DNA of 64,000 nt, from positions 504,638 through 568,637 of the forward strand of contig NMRA01000125.1 in NCBI GenBank assembly GCA_002633005.1. Reading direction: 5' to 3'. Of the stretch, positions 48,748 through 60,300 are shown piece by piece; position 1 is the first letter of the stretch; the number at the start of each line of letters is the position of its first letter. The position numbers and the translations under genes were made by a program. The notes beneath the pieces were generated by a model. That model was not told where the DNA came from, did no database searches, and worked only from the letters and a program-made list of their open reading frames with translations. Origin of the DNA: Phoronis australis. Taxonomy: Eukaryota > Animalia > Phoronida.

Positions 48748-50590
48748 CTGTAATTGCAAAAGAATCATTAGAACCACCGAATGCGAAAATTGTAAACCAT
48801 CCTAAAAAGCCACACAAATATCATATAAAAATCTATTCACGGCCATAGGCGGATTTTGCGTATGAATGGCAGAAAAGACCAAAAAAAAAACGCCGTTGGC
48901 ATTCCGATTTTAGGCCGTAAGCTGGCATTTTCTGTCGAAGATTGTGGTTGCCCTTTTAAGCTTTCCTAGATCGGCCAGAGCATACCATATTGGAAATTGA
49001 TTACCAGTCCTAGACAGACTGATCAGGGTATCGACAACGCAGTGTCAAAATGGCATGTATTGGGACTTTTCAACCCTTCTAAGGCAGGGCTATTATAAAT
49101 CAATCGCCAGTGATCTTTTTATTCGCTTTGAAATCAAAAATCACTCGCCATGCATGTGTACTATGCACACGGAAATCTTGAGATCAGGGGTAACTTAATA
49201 ACATATATAAAACAGAAATTTGCTCGTACACTCCGCAAAACTTTTTCTGAAAAATAATAAATATTAATTGAGCAAAATGAAAAATCTCTGAGAATATAGA
49301 CACAACTGCTAAATAGCGATGATAATTACGTGGCTATGCACTTTTCAGCAATTGTGAGTGGAGTTAACTTAAAAACCAGTTTTGTCTTTAAAAGTTTTAA
49401 GTCACTATCGTGAACCAGACTTAGACTGAAGGCAGTCACGTGGTCTCAAGAGTGAAGGCAGTCACGTGGCCTCAAGACCCACTTCACAATTGGTGAAAAA
49501 AGGTTTAGCCAAAAATATTGAGCACGTCACAATCTAGAAATAACTTACATAAATTATCTCAGCAACTTCCATTTATGTGCATATTCTCAAGTACTTTGGA
49601 CTTTTGTACAAGTACGATTTATTTTTTTTCAGAAATATTTGTGTGGAGCTTATAAGACCAAGGTTCTCTCATAAGTCTCAATTCACTTTTCACGAAACGA
49701 ACCCCAGGTCTGAGTTCCGTGGACTCAAATTCTCGCGAAGGAAGTCAGTGTGGCCATAAACTACATGTATAGATCGGGACTGCGAATTCTCGTCAGAGCG
49801 AGTTAAGCGAAATGCGGACCAAGGGACATCAGCACTGATGATGAGAGGGCGGTGCGGTCGGAAAGAACCAAACTTCCGGTTTTCCGAATGTTGCAGCCGA
49901 CGACTGTCCCACGTTTAAAGATCTGGTTAAGTAAATAGTCGAACTGTTTAATTTTTGTATTTTTTAAGTCTTGTAAAAATAAAATACGTATATTGTTCTC
50001 TTCCATGTCATTTAAAAACATTCACAGGATAATTCAATCATGTTATTAGTTATTAGTGCCAGAAATATCTTCAGCTGATTTCCCGCGTTCACACTCGCAT
50101 CAGCTGATTTTTTGCTACAAGTAGTATTAGTGTTTGTTTAAATTCAGTACCGTACGAATCAACTCATAAACATTAGTACAAGTATTAACCGACGAAAATG
50201 AATTAGTAAAAATATCACAAGTCCATACTTGTTGCCAGTAATTAACATGTTTAATGTTCTATTCAGTTTGCGTGGTAATCGTCAGCAAAATCTCATCATA
50301 AAAAGATTCTCGACAACTTTTCACCCTTGGACAAATTCCCTGAAACAGGCTTCAGCTTTACAAATAGAATAGCTTCAGTTGTGACATGCACAAGTCACCC
50401 TCTGTCCTTAACAGACGCCAGCTTGTTGTAGAGAAGCGTATTTTCTGAAGTAGCTAATTTCAAAGAGTTGAGAAATGAAACCTTATCTGGAATACAAAGC
50501 GAAACATGTCTGCTACTTTACTTGGTTATAACCGAACCTAACATATAACTAGGAATATCTTGATCCGTTTCAGTAACAAACGATGTAAGC

Positions 50591-50748
50591 CAGGGGCGAA
50601 TCTAGGATTTTGAGTTAGGGGGGGCCACGGCAGCATATTAGCCAGGATTTTGCCCGACAGACATTCGCACCTCCGAACTGCCTAATGGAATCTGGGAGAA
50701 TTTTAGGGGGGACACGGTCCCCTTGGCCCCCCTCTAAATCCGCCACTG
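50591..50748. mobile_element. 158-bp hAT-like MITE with 5-bp target-site duplication
   Basis: Termini CAGGGGCGAATCTAGG / CTAAATCCGCCACTG; TAAGC duplicated at 50586-50590 and 50749-50753. Same family as 37774-38075, in the opposite orientation. Confidence 0.8.
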
Positions 50749-50808
50749 TAAGCACATGCTAAGTTGATTGTTTGCTGGTCGGATGTACTGCCGCCGCGTG
50801 TCCATGTC

Positions 50809-50879
50809 CATGAGCGGCGCACCCGATAGGGGACTGAGGGGCTATAGCCCCGAATAATTTCGGTGCTGCGCCGCCCATG
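50809..50879. mobile_element. 71-bp mini-MITE
   Basis: TIR CATGAGCGGCGCA / TGCGCCGCCCATG; the internal gggctatagcccc...gtgctgcgccgcc is shared with 54296-54336. Confidence 0.5.
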
Positions 50880-51754
50880 TCATGAGAGACGAAGTAGGAA
50901 AAATTGTATATGCGATTCAACTATGAAAGGTTGTGATATTGAATTTTTGCTTTCCTCACTGCCATAACCCTGGGTCATGCAGGAACTGACGCCTGACGCG
51001 ATCGAGAGATCAGCCTGCCATTTATCGGCCATTGGGAACTAATGAAACGTCGTGTTCAACAAAACTTCTCTCAAAGACCCCAAAAATGTGATAATCACTT
51101 TTGGCTAGGGACAGGCATTCAGCATTTCTAGAACTCCAAAGCAATGTTATGAAGGGTATGTCGCAATGCTTTGCACGTGAATCCTAAACTCACTTGTTGA
51201 AAGCTTGTAGTCGACCCAAGCACGATTGATTCCAACAGGTCGAGTGTTTGTAGAAGTTACTCGCATTATGTAGTCTGCTCCGTTATCCAATCCTAGTAAT
51301 AGTTCTGTTTGTTTATCGCCATCCCCAATATCCGAAATATTTGACTTGTGTAAACTGAAAAATTCAATTGTTAATAGACGTTAGGAAATCGTGTAATGGT
51401 TTGAGAACACCGAAGGAGAAGTAGGGGAAATGTAGCAATTGGCAATGACGTCAACTGCGTTTCTAGTCACATGAATGTCAATACTTATTACCGATTGTGC
51501 GCGTGTTTACGCCCCTCCTGGTGCAATTGAAGTGATGTGTTTCTCATATTTTTTGAAGAATGTTACTCATGCACACCTACTTTTCATATATAGTCGTTAG
51601 CCTACAAACGTACAAGTCTCAATGTCTCACGCAGCGCCATCTTGGAAACTAACATTACAGCGTTCTGTCGTTCAGTAACTTTTCTAGACTTGAGGTGCTG
51701 AACATGCGATAACATCTGGCTCTTTTGTTAACTGCCCAGCTCAGTCTTTTGTCC

Positions 51755-52800
51755 CGTATGAGAACAAGCAGGCCAATTATCTCCCAGGCTTCAAATGAAA
51801 CGTATGGTGGTTGCACGCTATTACCGAATGAGTATGAACACAGTCAAACCCAGTGCGTCCGTTTGGACAGAATAGATTGTCTTAACTTCTGTTGTAGTTG
51901 GGTGATTTTGGTGATTCAAAAACAGAACATGATCAGCATTTGACGAGAAACTCAAAAATGCTATTGGTTTAAGCTCAGATATGTTAAAACTTAACTTTCC
52001 TTTTTATCAGCCCAGCCCAGTCAGTCTAGATACGATCTGATCGGAGATTATAGCAATTATCAAACAAAAGAGCGCAGGCCCTCCAAACATATAAATACCA
52101 GAATGGAGTTAATCAGTCGTGTAAGATATTGGCTACGGGGGTAAACTTCAGAACTTGTTGTTCGGCTATAGAATCGAACAAGTTGGGAGCAACGGGATGT
52201 CGCCGTCATGATGTTTTGGTTTATGTTTGGCATCGCGTTAATTCGACACAGTTCGTCATTTTTCACATGACGTTTTATGTTCATACTATAAGTAGCAATG
52301 TACACGACAACACCACACGACACGGAAATTGACGAACTTTGTATGCAAGGGGTCGGATTTTATAGTTAAAAAAACCCTTGCTGGCGGACTTCAAAACCGA
52401 ATGGCAGGTGGCATTACGGCGTTTACCCGTTGCTCCCAACTTATTTGATTCTATAGCCTGACAACAAGTTGGGAAGATGACCCCGACTGATTAACTCCAT
52501 TCTGGCCTTTATGGTTGGAGTGCTCTAATCTCAAATAAGATCGTATCTCAGTAGCCTGATTGGGCTGTGATGTTAAAAATATATGTTATGTTATAACATA
52601 TTTGAACATAAACCAATAGCATTTCTGAAATCCTCATCAAATGGTGACCATGTTTAGTTTTTGAATCGCCAAAATCGCCCACCTACAACTGAATATACGA
52701 CAATCAATCCTTTCCGAACGTACCAACTCGCTTTGACTGTGTTCACACGTGGTCTGTAATACGCCTGGTAGATAATATTGGCCTGCCTGTCGTCATAGAC
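51755..52800. mobile_element. About 1-kb foldback element (long degenerate inverted repeat)
   Basis: About 51755-52210 is the reverse complement of about 52412-52800 (e.g. ccagaatggagttaatcagtcg / cgactgattaactccattctgg; aagttgggagcaacggg / cccgttgctcccaactt), with a spacer of about 200 bp. Confidence 0.75.
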
Positions 52801-53333
52801 CCTATTCACGCCGACAGGAGGCGCGTTCCAAAACGAGGCTCGCTACGATAGCTCTGAGGGCTTATCCGCGTGGTTGTACTCCGCGTTGCTCGAACAGCTA
52901 GAAAAAATACGGACACTCTGTTTTACAATCCCTAAGGACGTTGGGATTCGGAAGCGTGGGACCTTGCCATACGCCGCGACGAAGGAAAATATGTCCGTGT
53001 AAAATTTATAACTATTTTCGAATCATAATTTGTCACATCTCGGACTTGATGCCGCCTTAGCAACGAGGACCGGAGAATATTCGGCCAGCCAGGCTGTGTT
53101 TTCATGACTATGGGTTGAAGCGCGATGTATTTTTCTTTACAAAAAGGACAGGGCCCTCAATCCCTCAATTTTGGGGCCAAATATCGGCCCTATTCCCCTC
53201 TCAAAAATATTGAAAAATCACGCGAAATTCCCGGCCACGAGGCCTAAAAATTCCCTTTGTGATTGAAAATTTCTTTCCAATGGTTAAAATCACCTGTGAC
53301 CACAGAGGTGACAATTTGGAAAAAGTACAAAAT

Positions 53334-54336
53334 CACAGGCGGCTTTAAGGGGGGGGGGGCAGGGGCCCGACCCCCCTCGTTGACTGCCGCAAGCAAAATA
53401 AACCAGCAAAACGTGAAGCGCCGGGATGAAATCCTGAGTTCGAGCTAGAACCCGGGTAGCGGGCGACGGGGAAAACACGTTCCGTTTTATTTTCTTTAGT
53501 CCAACGACAGATTTCCTGAGCAGAAGGTATACATCCTCGGCGCCCGCAACTTCCGGGCCGCTTGCGTGCATACAATCGCGCTTTGCCCGCNNNNNNNNNN
53601 NNNNNNNNNNNNNNNNNNNNNNNNNNNNNNNNNNNNNNNNNNNNNNNNNNNNNNNNNNNNNNNNNNNNNNNNNNNNNNNNNNNNNNNNNNNNNNNNNNNN
53701 NNNNNNNNNNNNNNNNNNNNNNNNNNNNNNNNNNNNNNNNNNNNNNNNNNNNNNNNNNNNNNNNNNNNNNNNNNNNNNNNNNNNNNNNNNNNNNNNNNNN
53801 NNNNNNNNNNNNNNNNNNNNNNNNNNNNNNNNNNNNNNNNNNNNNNNNNNNNNNNNNNNNNNNNNNNNNNNNNNNNNNNNNNNNNNNNNNNNNNNNNNNN
53901 NNNNNNNNNNNNNNNNNNNNNNNNNNNNNNNNNNNNNNNNNNNNNNNNNNNNNNNNNNNNNNNNNNNNNNNNNNNNNNNNNNNNNNNNNNNNNNNNNNNN
54001 NNNNNNNNNNNNNNNNNNNNNNNNNNNNNNNNNNNNNNNNNNNNNNNNNNNNNNNNNNNNNNNNNNNNNNNNNNNNNNNNNNNNNNNNNNNNNNNNNNNN
54101 NNNNNNNNNNNNNNNNNNNNNNNNNNNNNNNNNNNNNNNNNNNNNNNNNNNNNNNNNNNNNNNNNNNNNNNNNNNNNNNNNNNNNNNNNNNNNNNNNNNN
54201 NNNNNNNNNNNNNNNNNNNNNNNNNNNNNNNNNNNNNNNNNNNNNNNNNNNNNNNNNNNNNNNNNNNNNNNNNNNNNNNNNNNNNNNNNNNNNNNGAGGG
54301 CTATAGCCCCACTTTTTCAGTGCTGCGCCGCCTGTG
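53334..54336. mobile_element. G-run MITE containing a gap (53591-54295)
   Basis: TIR CACAGGCGGC / GCCGCCTGTG; flanks AAAAT and AAAAG (4 of 5 match). Confidence 0.55.
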
Positions 54337-55663
54337 AAAAGGTACGAAAAATAAGCAATAGATGTCCCTTGAATGATTCGACACATTTAAAGCGAGTCTC
54401 AGAGGAAGACTGGCCGTCGTGTTTGATCTCCGGCCAATTTGTTATAGCACCGGCCATCGTGTTTTGGGTCCAGACAACTATTTTTTTTAGGAGAGGCCAT
54501 CGCGTTTTAAGGTCCTGACAACAAGCTTGATCACCTTCCATTTGGTTTTGCAATTCAGCCGACTGGTGTGAAGTCCGGGCAAGTGGTTTTGATCGTCCGA
54601 CCAAGTGTTGATTCCCCTTGATGTCGAACAATCTACATTGTATTTGTTCTTGTCTCTTAATAAGCCGTGGCGGCGTTCCTAATTGCGCATGACTAAACCA
54701 TGGTCCGAAGTGAGTTCATTGATTGCTTCAACGGAAAATTATAACCACATGCTTTGTTCAAGTTTTAGTTTTGGATTTCGATTTGATCTGATTAGCAATG
54801 CGAGGAGACCTGAAAGCGGGTGTTTGTAGTGTGTGTGTTTTCAACTCTCAGCACTTTTCGGTTAAAAACCCACGTTCTGTCAAAAAACTAAGTTTTGATG
54901 AAGACCACTTACCGTAATTAATTTGGTCTCAAATTGTTTCTAAGCCAAAATAGGTTTCATTTCCGGGCTCGGCAAGTACACACAGCTCGTCATATTGCGA
55001 GAGACACAGCTCTTCATGGTGATTTGTGTAGAGTTTTTACTCGATATTGTAGCTCGAATTTAGGGGTCATCAAGTGCGAAATTAGACTAGCAACTCATAA
55101 TGTACTCTAGCGCAAAGTGATAGCCACTCTTGTCTTGAGTACGAACAAAAGTAGAAGTTAATTGCCAAAGTTGTCTCTTCTTACATTTCACATAAAAATT
55201 GGAACCCGAGCCCACTAGGCAGGTAAGGATTGGTTGTGTTGTATTATATCTTGAGGTTCCTACCCACTAATTTTCAGACATTTTGCGTACTTACAACATA
55301 CTTTAAAGGGAGATTGTCGGTGAGAAAAGTGAGTTGTCTGAGATCAGCCTCTGTCTGAGTAGATCCACAAAACTCACTTCTGCGTATTGACTCTACGCTG
55401 AAGACCCATGTACTACTGTTGTTAAAGTTCACGTTGACACTGAATTTCTAGAGAGCGTAGGCCTAAACATGAAGTCCAAACAACATATTTCCAAACCGAC
55501 CACTTGTAGGTTTTTTAATTCAGCAGAAAAATGGAACAAAACCGCTATCACCTCGTGGAAAACCAACATGAAGTATTATGAGTGACGTTTCCGTACGTTT
55601 TAGCCCCTGCCTGTTGCATTCAAGCACCTTTGCAATCTTGCGACGCAGTGCACATTCTCTTAC

Positions 55664-56348
55664 CTGAAACTGGCGTCTGCTATTTTCTTGTACTCAACCG
55701 TAAAAGCCTGTTTGAATCCACTATCAAATCCTGCCACCCAACTTATAGAGACCACTGTCCCGTTCCACGTGACCGAGACGTCTTTCGGAGCTTGAGGAGG
55801 ACCTGGAACAGAAACACTGTCTGATTCCTGAAACAAGGGCGGAAGACCCAGAAATTACATTTATAAAGTCAAGTAACATTTTTAGACATCTGGAAGCAAG
55901 AAAACAGACAAACGATACATTTAGAACCGAGACGTAAACCGAAGCAAACAATTTTTAGCAGTGAATTAGATGCTATATACTGATTACCAATGCCTAAATC
56001 AATCCACACCCAGTCCGTTGTGTTGTTGACTATTGTTATATTCTCCGGATCATCCAGAACGTGTCTACTATTTGCGAAACATTTGTTAGACAACTCATTG
56101 TGATTAACTGAAGAACAATCGCCCTGGGTGTTGTACTGCATGAGACATAGGTGAATGCATTCGGACTCTCTCTTGTTCTCGTAAACGGTCCCTCGCCACG
56201 AAAGGTCGCTCAGTTTCCTTCCACGATTCTTTACTGTAAAAATGCTCGCCAGTGTTTGATGGTGTCGTCGAATTTCCGATGTAGCGTCGACAAATGAAAT
56301 CAAAGACAACCCAAACAAAATTAAAACAGTTCCTAATAAGCGTTTCAT
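55664..56348 (-). CDS. Signal peptide + PAN/Apple domain exon followed by a fibronectin type III exon; probable 5' part of the ILEI-domain gene
   Basis: Exon 56348-55988: MKRLLGTVLILFGLSLISFVDA then ECIHLCL..DCSSVNH..KCFANS (PAN pattern CxxxC..CxSxN..C), with a phase-1 donor. Exon 55802-55664: GPPQAPKDVSVT..VSISWVAGFDSGFKQAFTVEYKK (FN3). A further exon may start at 55439. Confidence 0.75.
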
Positions 56349-57338
56349 CTTCAAGTAAGGAAACCTTTACTGGCAGCCATAACATCAATTAATATTTTAC
56401 GCAACAACGGGTTGTTACGTTATGCACATAAATGTTTAATACATGTAGATTAATGCAAAGAGTTTAGATCGCACCAGTCCAGCAAACACTAGCCTACATG
56501 TATAATCGCAAGTTGATTGCAACTCTCAGCCACCGATATTTAGAGAGAATGGGAAATACGGATGTCCTTTACTACAGATCGATAGACACGTGCAAATATA
56601 CAACGCAACCGATCGAAGAAATTAGCCATTATTTCCAAAGCCAAACTCACATGAACAATAAAATTGCATTTACATGTATCTAGAGAACTGCACAAGATTA
56701 TACAGGATCTTATGGACATGTCTGTGCATTTAGCAAGTATCTAGAAAAGCACAGATTTTGACTCAGTAAATGTATACATTTTTTGAAAGTACAAAACCTG
56801 TAGAATTTCATTCTTGGCTTTTTACTAATCGGTTATTAATCGGGTCACGTGACCTTGTCTTTGTATTAAAACTTTTTAGCCTCTCTCACCCCATTATTGA
56901 TAATGGCAGTCGAACAAAACAGTCATCAATGGGGCATATACATATACACGTACGATTTCGCAAGGGGAGCAACCACAGTTTTCGAAGTTAAAATGTTCAC
57001 AAGGGGTGCATCGTAGTTAGGGCGGTGCGATGTAATTATACGAGCGATTCAGCTCCCCGTTTACATTTAAGATGTTTGCTGCAGAAAACTTTCAAATCCA
57101 AAGGGTATTATTGAATACACCAGTAAGTATGTCACAAAACGTAAATGTGGACTGATCGAGTGAGGAGTTGCATTTTGCTCGCACAATCTGTGTTTACGCG
57201 CATCAGGTTTTCGTTCAACCAGCGACCTGCTCGTTCGTGGCTAGGACCTAGTTCGTGGGAAGTAGCAGCTATTCGCCCTAACGATAATGACGCCACCTTG
57301 GAAAGATAAAAATACACGGCACACAACATCTCGCTAAC

Positions 57339-60300
57339 ATGGCGATTCCGATGTTTATGGTCTTTTTCGTTTTGACTTGGAGTTGCTTTGCTCAGGTAAA
57401 ACAAAGTATATATACGTTTATATGTTTCAGCCTGACAGATGTGATGCTTTATAAACCAATACATTTTCATCATACTTGCACACTGAAATGCCAGTTACAA
57501 AAATTACGCAAGTCAGCTGACCCTTATTTCTGGCAGTGTAAAACAGTACATGTAGCTTCTCAATCTGCTTGGTTCTCAGTAAAGTTTTCACACACCATCG
57601 CTATCAGTGCGCGATGATTCCGTTATATATTTCTTTGGATATTCTTGCATTAGTAGAAATATTAGCTCTGCGCCCACGTACGTGTAACAGTCGCTGAATT
57701 TCAATACCTCCGCTGTTCCTTGTGAAGACGTTCGCAGATCGAGAGCAACCTGTGTTGTAACAGAAGCTCGAAATTGGCTGGTAAAATTGTGAAACAATAG
57801 TCCTTCCACTAGAAATGCATGCAGCTGTGACGTCACACAAGAACCTTTCCATACCAGCGACAGGCCTGTGCACCACGCCTGTTTCCTTCCCATGTTTCAT
57901 AGGCCCGACGAAGAATGGAGGTCTGCAATTGCAACAACCAGCATGTTGAAGTTTGCAGAGCCATTGGTCATGAAATACAACCAATGCATTTATGATCGGT
58001 AATTTCATCAAAGACACATTAGCACATCTTACAGTGCAATTTTAAGGATCATTATCGGCCGAAAAAAGTGATTTCTTGAGATCAGACTTAGCACGGAATC
58101 GAACCACGACCTCTGCGGTCTCGGTCAAAGGCCTGCTACGGAAGCTACACCCCACTCGCTACGTACATGCAGCATAGCATTTTAGGGACATTTAAATATG
58201 CATAGTCTCATTAAATTGGGAATGTGCAAATGAAGTACCAATTTACAAACAACCCTGCGTCCTCCAATGTGCTGGAAACCATGCGAGAACCAGTTACCAC
58301 TACAATCTAGTGAAAGTCGTTTTTCATGTAAATGAGTATGGTATTATTTCATGGTTACCCTAGTGAAACAAGGCACAGTTTTTATTATTTGTTTATTTCA
58401 CTATCAAAACAAACGATTGCGTAATATTTGAATTACCAGGTTTTTTGTATGTTCACACTTGTTTTCAAGTGTATCAGTCGTGGTGTTTTTCTTTAAAACC
58501 GCAATTTATTTACAAATTGTTTTTTCCTGATTACACTTGCACACACTGTTCTCCAGGAAGTCACTAGGTGGCACTTGTTACAAATTTAAATATTACCGGT
58601 TTTAATGAGACATAGTATCTTTGATTAGCAAAGTAACAAGCCTTTATTTCTGCGAATGTCTGGCAGACAACGGCTAGAGCGGGCGGACTGTAATAAAATC
58701 ATTGTTTCCTTCCGATAATGTCGACTGGTCTTATATCTTTATCTCTAAACACAAATTCTCTTCACTAAAATCTACCAAATATTTATTTTTGTGAAGTATA
58801 TCCTTGGTGTTTGAGCATATATCACTAAAAATCATCTTAAGCAACCGACCAATAAATAAATCTGCAAGTTTACATGAGAATTTGTTTACACGTAAACGCA
58901 GATGAAAAATTAAAATGTTCAAAATTGTCGAAAGTCGAAAATCTGGAAATTGTAGGCAACGATTTGGCACGCATTAAATGACGCTTTCGTTGATAAATTT
59001 TTCATTCCTGTTTAATAATACGAGGGTTTCAATTAGAAATTTCATTTGTCTTGGAAGCAGGAAAATGCGTTGCTACATCAGAATCGTTTTAGAAATGTCT
59101 GGCTGATTCTAAAAGTCATGTCCGAAAACATTGCACGGATGAAATACGTATACTACTTTCGTAGTTGCAGCACACAGCACAACAGTAAAATACCGCTGTA
59201 ATGGGGCTATTTGGAAAATTTACATTAACTAGAGGGCGCGCGTGTATAGATTAACAGCCTCGATTTCGCGAGCCCTTTAAATACATGGTGAAATGGCTTG
59301 TAGGTGTGCAAACTGAATCTGAGATTGCGTGAACAGGGTTCTTCTATGAGAGAAAGTAAGCACGCCCTTATACAAAGGTAAGGATTGTGATTATTTTAAC
59401 GACTATTCCATGTTTATTCTACCGATGCCAGTTAACTGATATACTCGCCGATGTCGACTTCGCGACAGTCTCCAGTCGGGTTAATCTTTGTTGTGATGTG
59501 TGTTACGATACTTGACTTTGCACTCGAGATCTTTTCGTACATCAAAGCCGTTATTATTATTTGGAATGATTTCAAACAGGCTTATCAGTGACAGTTACAT
59601 CAATGAATGCTGAATGTTTAACTCGATATGGGTTAGTGAGATTACAATCAAAGCCCAATGCCATGGCAAGGGTACGTAAATATCCATTAGACTATTTGTT
59701 TACTCCCTATCCTATGTCTTCCGGAAATTTATTACACGTTGAAATGAAATTCTATCATGTCTGTTTTCACGTGACCTTTGGTTTTTAGGTTTGAGGGATT
59801 GTACCGTGCAGAGGAGATATGCATCGCTTCTGCATCGACCCTGAATGGACAAAAATTGGTTTTAAACAATTGACTGCAGCTACCCAGCAAGATCTTCCCA
59901 TCCAGTGTAGCTCTGTTGTTAAATCCTACTTTCTTCATCGGAGACAACGAACAAGCTTTGTTACTCCTTTCTCTTCCCACAGCATTTCCACACACCATTA
60001 GTCAGTGCTGCATTGCGCGATGTACATGTCAGTGGCCATGGTGAAATGTGAATCTCAGTACGAAAGTACCATAAGACAACGTGTTGTTTGTGTATGAAGA
60101 GGAACTATATCTACTGCTACACAAGTCAGCCTCGTTGGTGAGGATACCCTTTCAAAGGCAATAAGTCATGTGTGGACAATAGCTTATTTCCTTTCCTGGA
60201 AGAAACATGGTGGATTGAAGCTAAAGAAGACGTAGTGACACTCTGGTCTAGTTCAGGGTCAGATTTTGGGCACAAAACGAGTCAAATGATATGCTGTTGT

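Noticed and set aside
49428-49477. 25-bp tandem duplication containing GTCACGTGG E-boxes
   Set aside because: Only two copies with no promoter context; most likely a local duplication.
58085-58156. Functional tRNA gene
   Set aside because: A B-box is present but the acceptor and D stems do not pair; treated as a SINE-like relic.
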